Made by a program: the position numbers and the translations under genes
Assembly (NCBI GenBank): GCA_964247055.1
Contig: OZ176050.1
Coordinates: 2,542,001 to 2,606,000 of the forward strand
Reading direction: 5' to 3'
DNA from: Paragordius varius
Taxonomy: Eukaryota > Animalia > Nematomorpha
Length of the DNA: 64,000 nt
Shown: positions 1 to 12,181 of the stretch, piece by piece
Numbering within the stretch: the stretch's first letter is position 1
Layout of the letters: each line of letters begins with the position of its first letter
The notes under the pieces: generated by a model
What the model saw: the letters and a program-made list of their open reading frames with translations, nothing else
Databases searched by the model: none
Told to the model about the DNA's origin: nothing

Positions 1-227
1 GTTTATTTTGCATGCTATGTTGACTAGATTATTACCTTTCGGTTCAGGTATTTTTGAATATTATTTTTTTTTATATTTCGGTTTATTAATGTTATATAAG
101 TGCAAAATTTTGCCATAGTTTCGATTCCTTCCATATATTTTTGAGAATTTAATTTTAAACAGGCCTGGGGTATTTTACTACCCCAATTTAAATCGAAGGA
201 CTAAATTGAATGTGTTGGATCCAAGTG
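1..227 (-). mobile_element. piggyBac-like TTAA MITE, partial copy cut by the window edge
   Basis: Ends ...GGATCCAAGTG followed by TTAA (228-231). Colinear with 27290-27551 and the reverse complement of 24935-25200. Confidence 0.7.
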
Positions 228-2005
228 TTAAAGTACGCTTCAACAAAATTGTGCAAAAATTAAATTTTGTAAAAATATGCATTTTTTTAAAATATTTATA
301 TTTTATATCAAATAGCACATATTGGTGATTTTTATCGCGCAATCTCGGCATTTATGTGTTTATTTAAATAGAACTAGCCCATATTAGAAGAGCAAAAAAT
401 TTTGGGACTTCCCCACCTCTAAAAAATTAAATTTTCCCAAAATATTGTTTCGATTATATGTAGTTTATGATATATATTAGTGATATTTGGAATGAAGCCT
501 TTAGCTTTCACAAAAAAAATTTATTCAAAAAAATGAACGCAATACGGAGGTACTTACCACAAAGCGTAAATAATTTTCAATCACTAGTAAAAGCCAAAAC
601 CAAAAGCACGATGATAATCATGATGCATTTTCTATCAAAGTATCACGTTGTTTTTTTTACCCCCAAATTGGGACGCAGTATAATGGATAATAATTTATAT
701 ATATAATATATATAAAAGGAAAACTGCCCAATCTCAAATTATTAGACTTGCCAAGAATGGAAACTTTATGTAAACGCAAAATGCCGATGTTACGCCATAA
801 AAATTTTAAATATGTGCTTGAGATGAAATAATATTCCCGAACAAATTATATTTGGTGAAGAATTTTCAAAAGACAACCGAATATTTGAATCGAATTAATC
901 GAAAAAAGTATTTTTATAATATTTAGGGTTTTGTCGATTACATCATGCGTCAAATAGTATGAGGTAGGCTTCAGCATATTTTTCTGGAAATTAAATTGTT
1001 GAAAATGTTTTTTTGATGCCATATTGTACTAAATATTAAAAAAATTTATCGAAAGATCTCATTTATACATTTATTTTCAGAGAACTAGGTCATTTTAGAG
1101 CCGAGGCTAAAATATGTTCGGAGTACCCGTCTAAAATAAATCTTTATTGAATATTATTTTGGTTGTTACAATATTTATTAGAATAATGCCTTCTTTTACT
1201 AAATCAATTTATTAAAGATGTGCGCCAATTTTGCGATCTAAAGATACCAAATGACCACATCATATAACTTTCCTACATCGTTTGTAAAGTATCCTGATCC
1301 TTTTATCTATCAAAACTTATATGTTTCATGAGGATGTTTTTTTATCGTCCGATTTTTTTCGCAGTCTTATGATAAAGAAATATTTTTGGCTCAAACTAAA
1401 TGCTTCAATTCAAAAAAGTTATTTTTATATAAAACCTTGAAAAGCAAAACAGTATATTTATATTTTTGTTTTTTAGTTGTGCAAAATTGCCTTCCCTAAA
1501 ATGAGCGCTATATTAATCTTCAGTGTATGTGCAAGATTCTGACACACACAAAAAACTATAAAATTTATATTAGCTTAAATTTTTTTAATTTTTGGCAAAA
1601 TTCAGTTGAAGCTTATTTAATGTGAAATATGTTGGAAAGAGTATTACTTCTGCATAATACGATAATGCTGGACATTTCCATCGTCTCAGACTTATTTATT
1701 AAATTCCTTCTAACAAACGATAACTATGGATCAATGTATAAATGCAAAAATACCTTTTGTACAAAAAAATCTGAGTAAAAGTTTATTTTAAAACCATACA
1801 ATTAACTTTCATAGATACGTTTTTCATTTTGTAAACTGAAAATTTAAGCCTTTCTAAATAATAAAATTGCATAAAACAGATTAATATAATGACTTTTGAC
1901 AAAATTAAGTTAAAAAATGCCAACTTAAAAAATTATGACTGGAAGGTGAATACAAAAAAGAGATTATATAATTTATTAACATGGAGATATTAAAATATTG
2001 TGATT

Positions 2006-5000
2006 TCAAGGTGGCTTATCACAATCATGTTTAAGGTCCGCTATACGTTGCAAAAGAATTTGATAGTTATTTAGCAGAAATGTTCTTTCCTGCTTTAATT
2101 GCGTCACTTTTGATTTGACATCCTATATTTATATATACAAATGATTAGATAATTTTAATGCGCATATGAAACGATATGGCTTAAAATATATATAGTCACC
2201 GTCGAAAACTTATAATATAGATGCAAAAAAATTGAACCATATTAATAGATCAAATTTTTATATTATGCTTAATGTTTGAAGTTGTTAAAAATGGGGTGAG
2301 ACCTCAAAACTCAATATTTCACAAATTGGTGTTTAACAGCCCTAGAATTAATTATATAGGAAAAAAAAGGTTAATTATCCCTATTAAGAAAATTGACGGT
2401 TTTTTCTTAATTTTAAAGAAACTAAGAAACGATATATGCTCTATGTAAATGTCATACCGTAAAACAAAAAATGTGATATATAATGTAATAAATACTTCAT
2501 TTGAATTTGATGTGGAATGATCATAATTAGACTTATTATAACAATGCTGTAATGCTTCTTGATTACATCTCAGGGACAGATTTAAATGCTTAAGTTTAGA
2601 AAACAAATATTCGATTGAAACCAAATTATTAAGAGAGTCATTGGCAAACTCTATAGAATCAAGGATTTCACAAGCGGAAGAACTGCGAGGCTTTTGAGCA
2701 GGTTTGGTTAAGGGAGAGTGAGCTATATTATAAAAAAAATTATATCGTTTATATAATTTATTACAATAATAATTATTGATAATTCGAAGGGAAAAATGTA
2801 AAACATACCAATATAATCATTTTTGAGGGATGAAAAACTTTTTGAACATGTGTATGGTTTGCATTCTAGATAAGTTTAGAATAAATTATGTATATAAAAT
2901 TAAAAATGGCTCGATATACGATTCATGGCCCTCAAAAATAATTGATCTAATAATTTTATTATCATTAAAAGCTATATTATTTAATATACGTAAACTCAGT
3001 ATGAAATAGTTAAAAATTTAATTATTTTATATTCGAGATAATTATTATAATACTTAAAATATTAAAAATAAAAATCACCATATTAATTTAAAGAATCTGT
3101 TTAATAAGAAACGTTTCTGTTTTTCAAGAATTATTTCCAAGAAGCTTATACATCAAATAGCTAGATCATTTTGTTTAAACTTATTTTTTCGCTTTTTAAT
3201 TATTCATCAATAATCATGTTCTTTAATCTATATTTTTTTGGCAACAACATTTTTTCCAAAACTAGCAATGTACAGTTACTCTCCCTGCATATATTGTTAA
3301 AAATTTATGCATATACCATCTTTCCTTATTGTAATAGGAGGAATCGCCTGAGTGTTATTGTTTATTTCATTGGAAGATGTTGTTTCATTATTGTTGGATG
3401 ATTCTGATGTGGTTGTGAAATCACTCAGTTCAGAATTCCAAGTTTGATAATAATCAAAATGCGATAAATGATTTGGGTCTATGTTTTGTGGACTAGAGTT
3501 GCTATACATATTACGATTCCCTCCTCCTAATACCAGTGGAGTGTCAGCTCCTCTGAAAAACTGTTAAATACATGCATACAATACAATAAAAAAAATAAAA
3601 AAATATCGATTAATTATATACTATTTAAACACGTTCATAGGTTTGAAAAAAGATGATCAAAATATTTGGTGCCATTTACAAATACCAAAAGGCGAAATTT
3701 TTAATTAGACTCTTAAAAACTAGACATACGGCATGTATCTATCTAGTTACCATAATACTTTGCCCATAGTCTATATATAACCCGCATAATTATAATCAAT
3801 ATATAATTCTAAAAAAATTTATTTTTTTCCAAAATTGAATGTATACCTGAAACAAATGTGTCATCACATAATCAACTTCAACCATGTTGGGCCGTTGAGC
3901 CGGATTTTTATCCCAACATCGCGTCATTAAAATTTCGATCGGTTTTGGACATGACCGTATTAGTGGAGGCCTGGTCCCTAGAAATAATCAACCAATATAT
4001 ATATAACATTATATTAAAGTTTTAGTAAAATGTGTAAAACAAGAGGTCCATTTTTATTAAAACAGCAATAAGTCCGTTATTTTACTAAATAATTATATTT
4101 TTGGTGGAATATATTTTTATAGCTATACAATTTGGTTTGTTAAATAACGACTTGGAAAGATTGTAAGTGAGGACTCCTAAACCTTAAATTTAACAGCTTA
4201 AATCATATTAGCTATAAAAAATTAAATATAGTCACCAATGTAAAATAACAGTATTACCGATGATTTTTTATTAAGATACCTATGGAAAGCACTTTAAATA
4301 TTTTTCTATCTATTCAAATTTTAAGTCTTGTAATCTTAAACAAAAAAAGTATTAAATCAAACAGAGGTGTTATCATAAAATAAAAAAATAATTAATATTT
4401 GCATTTACCATTGTGAACGGCCCACATTATACGGAAGGTAGGGCCCCCGATTTCTTCATATGGTTTCTTCCGCGATAAAATCTCCCAAAGTATAATGCCC
4501 CAGCTAAATACATCACATTTTTCGCTATAGTTACTGCCTAGGTAAAAAAGCAATAAGCATATAAGATTAAATATGGTAAAATTTGAAAATAAATCTTAGG
4601 AACATTTACATATATGTCAATATAACTCCCTAAAACAAAACTAGTTCGGTTTATAAATTTAACATTTGTTAAGCTGAAAATATTACAATATTTCATAATA
4701 ATATTGCACAGGGCAGAACCAAAAAAGTAAATGAAAATTTAAGCAAACTCAAAGAAATTTTAAATAAAGCTTGGTATGAAAGACTGTTTTGATACTCATC
4801 CCATTTCAAAATCGTTCAAGTCAAAACCAACTCCGTAATCGATAACATCAACATTGGGTATAAATAGAAAGAGGTGTTAAAGGTGTTGCATATTGGACAA
4901 CAACGGGTTGCAACCAGCGAACAATAAAGTTGATGCAAAATGAAAACTACCAACCCAAAGAATAAAAAAGAACTAAGAACCGTTCTTGGGTATGGTAAAC

Positions 5001-6425
5001 TTCCACAATAAATTTATCCCGACTATGCAACAGTAGACAAAGAAGCGTTGGCCATAGTTTTCGAAGTAAAGAAATTTCACGAATTGGTTTATGGAAAGAA
5101 ATTTCAGATAATCACGGACCATAAACAGTTAATCCATCTGCTTGGCCTTGAAAGGGATGTGCCCCACATTTTGAATTTAAGACTACTTCAATGGATATTG
5201 TTATTGAATGGTTACGAATACGAGATTACGTACAGGTCTAGGTCTGGAAATGAAAATCTTGCAACTGACAGTCTATCAAGATCCATCGATAATGTAAAGT
5301 TCGAAAGTTTATTGCTATCAAAAGAAACGATAACAAAAGAAACAGAACGGATAAAGAGTTGCGAAATGTCAAACAAGCTATCCTTCATGGTTGAAGGGAT
5401 GGTGAATCCAAATGTTTTTTTCAGGAGGTGGGAGGAGCTTGAACTAGATGAAGGCATGATTCTGCGAACGAATAATGATTCCGAAATTCCATATATAAAT
5501 ATATATAATTTTTAAAAAAGTTTATAAAATGTATAATGTAAGAACCTTCAAAAACTTCTGGGGCCATCCAAGCCGCACTTCCCCGATTATTAGTCATTTG
5601 AGTGTGGAAATCGCAGGCGGTCCCAAAATCACAAATCTTAAGTACTGTAGCGCCATTTATTAGGAGTAAACTATAATATACAATAGGACATTATAAAAAA
5701 TCAGAGACAATCATAGTTTTTAATGTTTAATTTTTACTACATAACATATCGTATTGGATTGCAAATATGAAACAATAATGTTATTTTGTAAGACACTTAA
5801 AATGGTAAATTTAAAAAAATTATATTTTCATTGTTAGAAAAATTATGGTTTAAAAATATGATTTGCCTCCATAAAGCATATTTCTAGGTTTTTCAAATTT
5901 CAAATTTTACTATATTAATACTTTAAAGGTTTCAAATCTCTATGAATGATAGGTTTAGGTTTCATATTATGCAGGTAAGAAACGCCCCTTGCACATTGTA
6001 GGGCCCAACTAATGGCATGAGATGCGGAATATTTTGGTTCTTGATTCTCATTGTGCAAAACTAAAATTATTTTTAAAAAATACGATCAAAAAGTGATCCA
6101 TTTTCGGCATATTCCATAACGAGATAAACTAAGGCATTGGTATTGGCTCCGTAAAGTTTAATTATGTTTGGATGATCTACTCGTGATAACTGATTGATCT
6201 GTTAAATAATTTAAATAAAATTAACTTCAGATATAAATGATCGTTTTTCATTTTTCTCTTCAAATAATTTTACGGCAACAACTTTATTTTTCCAGATTGC
6301 TTTGTGCACGGTTCCATAAGTCCCACTGCCAACTATCTTAAATAAAAAACACCAATAGTTACCTCAAAAACGTGTAATTCCGAAAAATCAATGTGCTTAA
6401 CAAAAGGTGTTAAAACATCGCCCAT
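2006..6425 (-). CDS. MAP3K7: MAP3K7/TAK1 kinase, 10 exons, ~466 aa
   Basis: Exons 6425-6363, 6336-6226, 6198-6084, 6060-5922, 5670-5546, 4537-4409, 3977-3847, 3560-3317, 2722-2496, 2122-2006. All junctions GT-AG, phases consistent, total 1401 nt. Motifs [78 protein letters not shown] and [11 protein letters not shown] match TAK1. The last exon looks coiled-coil. The last two exons are less certain than the kinase exons. Confidence 0.95.
4870..5480 (+). mobile_element. Ty3/gypsy pol relic (RT thumb plus RNase H) in TAK1 intron 5
   Basis: [16 protein letters not shown] and [12 protein letters not shown], then [36 protein letters not shown]...[13 protein letters not shown]...ATDSLSR. Disrupted by frameshifts and a deletion; no LTRs seen. 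Confidence 0.85.
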
Positions 6426-6607
6426 AATATTTTGCAACAAATTTGGAAAACAGTTTTGTGGAAATAAGGATAGAGCTCATTAATTTCAAGGCATGGGTGC
6501 ATGTATTTATGAATGAATTGTAATTTTACGTATCCAAAATTATTCACTTCGATTTATTTGTTTTTGTTTGCTTAGTTTTTTATTTTCACCGTTCATTTTT
6601 ATTTTTA
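6426..6607. promoter_or_regulatory. Putative bidirectional promoter between TAK1 and NTPDase-1
   Basis: Divergent start codons at 6425 (minus) and 6608 (plus) are 182 bp apart. Promoter function is inferred. Confidence 0.6.
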
Positions 6608-9600
6608 ATGATTACATCACTCTACCTTATTTTTGTCACTGCTTGGCATTTATATTTTGGTTTCTTAGTCAATTCTATACCGATTGCTCATAAAAATGCA
6701 ACTATTTCACAAATAAACGAATCTAATCACCTATATAATCGTAAATATGCGATAGTAATTGATGCCGGAAGTAGTGGAAGTCGTATTATTGGTTTTGAAT
6801 ACAAGTTTCAAAATGTTGAACCTAATGCATTACCATCAATCGACAATCTGGATGTGGATTTGGCTCAAGATCCCACCAATCCCAATGCAACTTTGATTCA
6901 CAAAATTTCACCCGGTATTATATAAAATTTTAATTTTTTAAAATTTGTTAAACTAATTTTATATTTATCCTCGACCAAAAGGTCTTTCCTCATTTGCAAA
7001 TAATGCCACTGTGTCAGCCGAATACTTGTTTGAGCTTATCGATTCTATAGTGGAAAAAATACCGCCAGACTCTTTACCTGGCACGCCTTTATACATTTTA
7101 GCGACTGCGGGAATGCGTCTCATTAAACCGGACCAACAGGAAGCCATTTTGGAGGATTGTCGACGGGATATTGCCAAACGATATCCCCAACTCAAATTTC
7201 CGCCATCTCATGTCCAAATCATCAGCGGAAAAATGGAAGGAGTTTATGCTTGGATCGCCATTAATTATATTTTGGGCAAATTTAAACAGACACCGACTCA
7301 ACCAGATTCGAATCCATCCATACTTAATAATGGTAATTTTGTTTTATATTATTATTTTTTACTTTGTTAAAGTGTGATTGGGTTTTGTGACATAATCAAT
7401 GATTTTATTGCCATTATTTGGACTGTTAATTTTTTAAAACAAGGGTTTTAGACCCGCATTTTAAAAAATGTAAAATATTAAAAAATCATTAGTTTTTGCT
7501 AGGGTTTTATATTTGGTAAAAAACCCACAACTTCATCCCCATTATTACGTAATTGTATTATAAGGTATCTTAAAAATATTTCAAGTTTTATACTTATCGG
7601 ATATGGTTCAGGATTTAATTTTTTATTTAAAGCTTTAAATTTTCTCTAACCCTACTTTATATGATTTAAATATGTTTTAGCTTCAATCGTTAATGATGGT
7701 AAAAATGAGGATATAAATACGGTCGGTATTTTGGATATGGGTGGGGCTTCGTTACAAATTGCCTTTCAAGTTCCCTCAAATTACGCCCTGCCTACACCTC
7801 AAGAACTCCGTGGTATAAGTTCTATCGATATGGCTTATACAATGTTGCGTGATTCCTTTTTCGACATTGATTTATCGGGGCGGCAAAATAAAATGTCCAT
7901 TCCTGATAATGAAAAGAAGGCTATAAATAATCAACGATATCGCCTCTATGTCAAAACTTTTTTGGGTTTTGGAGCTAATGAAATCATTGAAAACTACCAT
8001 AAACAATTGATAACCAAGTGAGTTATGTGTTATTTTTTTCATACAGCTTAGTTCTTAAATTTAATTTTTACAACATATCTTTTTAGTATTTCAAAGATTA
8101 ATATAATTCTGATTTGCGGTTTTTTGTTTTGTAGCTACAGTCATGTTGATAAACCCTTTGCTTTGGTTGAAGACCCTTGCTTTCCTACCGGTTACAATTT
8201 CTCCCTGAAGCATCCCAATTCACCAGCGACCGAACTAAATTTTGTGGGGATAGGTGATTTTGAAACTTGCGCAAATCATCATTTAACACCAATGCTTAAA
8301 CTTAATACGCATCAATGCATATTGGATCCTTGTTCTATTGGTAAAAAAAGTTTTATGGCGTAAAATACATTTGAGATTAGAATGAGAGTCATATCAATTA
8401 CTTTGTCTTACTCTCCGATTTTCAAATTATAATTTTTGCCAAAAAAGTTTTAATTTGGGCTGAACATTAAATGTTCTTTGTGCTAAGGAAATTTGGTTCG
8501 AGTGTTTATTAAAATTAGAGCGTTATTAATTATTTTCATAATAATTGGCAATAAACTTTTCATTGATTGCCTATGAAATTTGTATTTAAAATCAAAAAAA
8601 CAATTATTATCTTAATATATTAAAAAATATACTACCGGTTTTAGCTCAATATTTTTTAGTTAATAAAATATATAATATTATTATTGCGATAAAATGGCTA
8701 TTGATTACTTATGTGTTTTAGATGGTGCTCACTTACCCGCCCTCAATTTTGATGGCAAAACTCGCGATAGCAATAAAACTATGAAATTTTATGGATTTTC
8801 TGAGTTTTGGTATACGGCTCATGATATACTTTCGCTGGGTGGGACTTACAATGCCTCACAATTTAAACAGGCAGCCGCCGCATATTGTAATAAACCTTAC
8901 GAGGAAAGTAGGAAAGAAATGAACAATTATCCAAATGCCGATGAACACAGGTAGGTTAGTTATTAAATCTAGAAGTAAGTGTGGCCCTTATTTTGATTGA
9001 TTTTTTTTGAAAAAGCTTTAAAAATTTGCTATTTTTTATATGGCCACATATTAAGTTTTAATCGTTTAAAGTTAAAACACTTGCTTAACAAACTGTGGTC
9101 ACTACCTTTATAATGATGAGCCAAATATACTAAAAAAACAAATTTAAATTTTGTTCTTTTAATAATAATTATTCTTTGTAAAATCAACCAAATTTTTTTT
9201 GACATTGCATTAAAAATACAAATGATTTTATCTATAATTATGTTTATTTATTTATATAGGTTGATAAACCAATGTGTGAAATCGGCATGGTTATATTCAG
9301 TCCTTCATCATGGATTTAAGTTTTCAACGAACCCAGCCAATGTACTATTTTTATACTTATACTTTTCCAATTAATGTTACATTGTGTTAAGGTTATAAAA
9401 CCTTATTATTTTAATTTTTCTAATAACCAAATCAGTAATTAAAAACCGTTTTTTAACTATTTTTCTTAGAGTTATCGGTTTTGCACGGTTTCAATGATAG
9501 ATTTTTCAAAATTGGCTATAGTAATAGTTGGTTACTGTTAACATTTTTATAGTTTTGAGATTGCACATTTCACTTTTTATATGCTAGCTAGGTAATTAAC

Positions 9601-11248
9601 TTTACCGTATATAAATGTATCAATTATAGCCTCAATTGGAATCAGTTCAATTAGTTGAAGGTAAGGAGGTTCATTGGGGACTTGGGGCCCTAATATATGC
9701 CTTATTAAATCACGATAATGTAGATGAAAGACCGCATGAAATATTTGGTGCTGCCAATAATAATAATAATTCTGATGAAAATAATTTGATGATTAAACCA
9801 TTCTTGCCTAACAAATCAATTCCAGACAACAATAATATTAATAATAATGTTATAGAAAGTAATATAAAACCAGCTATAACTTTACAACCCGTCCCAGTTA
9901 ATAATCTACAAAATTTGGTTTGATTTATAAAACTTTTATAAATTAATTTAGTCTTAGATTTCAATATAATTTTCTAATTTTTTTTTATACCAAAAAAAGA
10001 TGGAAAACGGGAAAAATAAGAGTGTTAAGGATACGATTGTTGGTTTAACTGATCGAAATACTAAAATTGCGGTTTCAGCTTTGCATCCCGTTTATCCGGT
10101 CAAACATATAGTCTTGAATAAGGGAACAAAGGTTTTTAACACTATTTTTTAATATATTAAGCTAAATGTAAATAATCGTTGCAAATAAATCTGGTTTTAT
10201 TGACATACATATTTTTGTGGTATTAATATTGCGGTTTTTTGCTAACTTAAAATTTATATAATGGCAATTTTATTTATTTTTTGAAATTATTAGAGTGTAA
10301 TCTTCTTTATTTCATCTGTTTCTCATCGATATCCTGTATTTATCTGGACTATTTCAACATCCAAATTTATTTAAAAATTAATTTTATTATCTTTAGGCGA
10401 ATAATGAAATGATCCCATCGCTTGATGTATCAACCACACCCTCAATTATCTTCAACAAAGGCACAGAAAAGTCTGTGTCGGAAGTGGAATCGAAAAAAAA
10501 TGATCAGCATGTTAATGCCATTTTCCCCGTAACACCCGATGAGACTGCCATTCAAGACCTAACTATAAAAACAACCGAAGTACCGTTAACAAACTTAAAT
10601 CCGCTCTACATTCAGGGTGGTGGTTCATTTTCACCCGAAAATTTGTATTGGTCAAGATTGAGTGCATCCCTACCCCTTACAGTTAGACCTAATACTGCAC
10701 TGTTTTGGTTGACTTGTGCTACTTTAATTCTACTCTTTGCCCTGTTGTATTACATTGTGTTACCATTGTATTGTCCACGCCTCTTTTTTTGGCGAAATAA
10801 TTATGGGACAAAGTCTAAGAAATATTTCACTCTCATAGACGATGATACCGACATCAATGGAAACAATAAACATTTTACATCACTCAAAGCGGATAATAAA
10901 AACAACTTATCTCGGGTTGATTCGTTTGTCGAACAATATGTAAAACCGTTGGCACTAGATATTAAACATAATATTGAACACATTTTTGTCGATAATCGTA
11001 CGGTGTTTGATTCAAATGGCTCTAATAACAATCATAATATAAATAATGGATATTCCCATTCAAACGTTAAGTATAATAAATTACTCCCCGCATATGATGA
11101 CACTGATAATTTTGGGCAAGAACATACTATAGACCATCATCGCCAATCAAATATAAACTTAAGCGGCAATAATAAACCCAAAATACCGTTGAAAAAAGCT
11201 AAAAATTTTACTGCCCGTTCACATCAAGACACCTTCGAGTGGCATTGA
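6608..11248 (+). CDS. GDA1/CD39 NTPDase (apyrase) 1, 9 exons, ~927 aa, N-terminal hydrophobic segment and C-terminal TM helix
   Basis: Exons 6608-6914, 6982-7332, 7681-8017, 8135-8340, 8722-8950, 9260-9341, 9630-9917, 10000-10131, 10397-11248, phases consistent. Apyrase conserved regions: IDAGSSGSR, ATAGMR, GKMEGVYAW, DMGGAS, WGLG. TM segment ALFWLTCATLILLFALLYYIVLPLY. Confidence 0.93.
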
Positions 11249-12181
11249 AAAAATGTAATATGTTTATAGTTTTAGAGTTTAGTTAAAAATTTGGGCGCCT
11301 TATTTCAGATGTCACATTTAAAGGGTTTTAACCTCGGAAACCAAAATTATATTTGATTTTTTCACTATACTTTATACAGCGTATTTTCACTTACAACCAC
11401 CACAAACATTCTCAAATTTTTATACTATATATGCATATATATAATATATAATTTTTAATCAGATAGCCAAATATTATAATTATTTATATTGATATATATA
11501 TATATATGTGTTAGGAATAAAATCATACACACCAAATATGATATGATGAAAACAAATAAATAAATGCCTACCTATTATTATTTTAATTCAATTAATTTAA
11601 TTTTTAGTTATTGTGAGATTTTCACCAAGAAGTCTGAATATAAAAATCGATTTTCAAGATTAAAATTATTGATGTGATTTTGCTTTAAAGTTTTTTGCTT
11701 CAAGGTTACAAACTATAACTTTTGGAATATAATAAAAAATTTAGTTTTAAAAATTGTTGACAAAATTTATAGATTCTTCATTTTAATTTAGGCAATTTTT
11801 TACGATGCATTATAAATTGACTTTTAAATTAAAAGTCTTAAAATTAAATTAATTCATAGCCTCATGAAATGACATAATAATTTAGTTTGTCGAGCAATTA
11901 ATCGGATAATATTTAAAGTGACGTTAATTAATTGATGTATATATATTGCGTAATTAATGTGATACCCTTAGGCAAGGCATGATTCAGGATTTAATAATTT
12001 TAATTAGTTACAGTGTCTAGTTATTTAGTAAGTTAAATTATTCATTATATATTTGCTACATAAATTATTTGGGTGCCATGTGTCATTGACTAAGAAGACA
12101 AATCATTTGTCATAATGTTAAAAATAAATATATAATCATCAATCAAATATCACTTTTCATATTTACAAATAATCCGATCAA

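Noticed and set aside
232-2000. ORF 467-706 and slightly GC-richer patches
   Set aside because: No recognisable motif or consistent exon chain; left unannotated.
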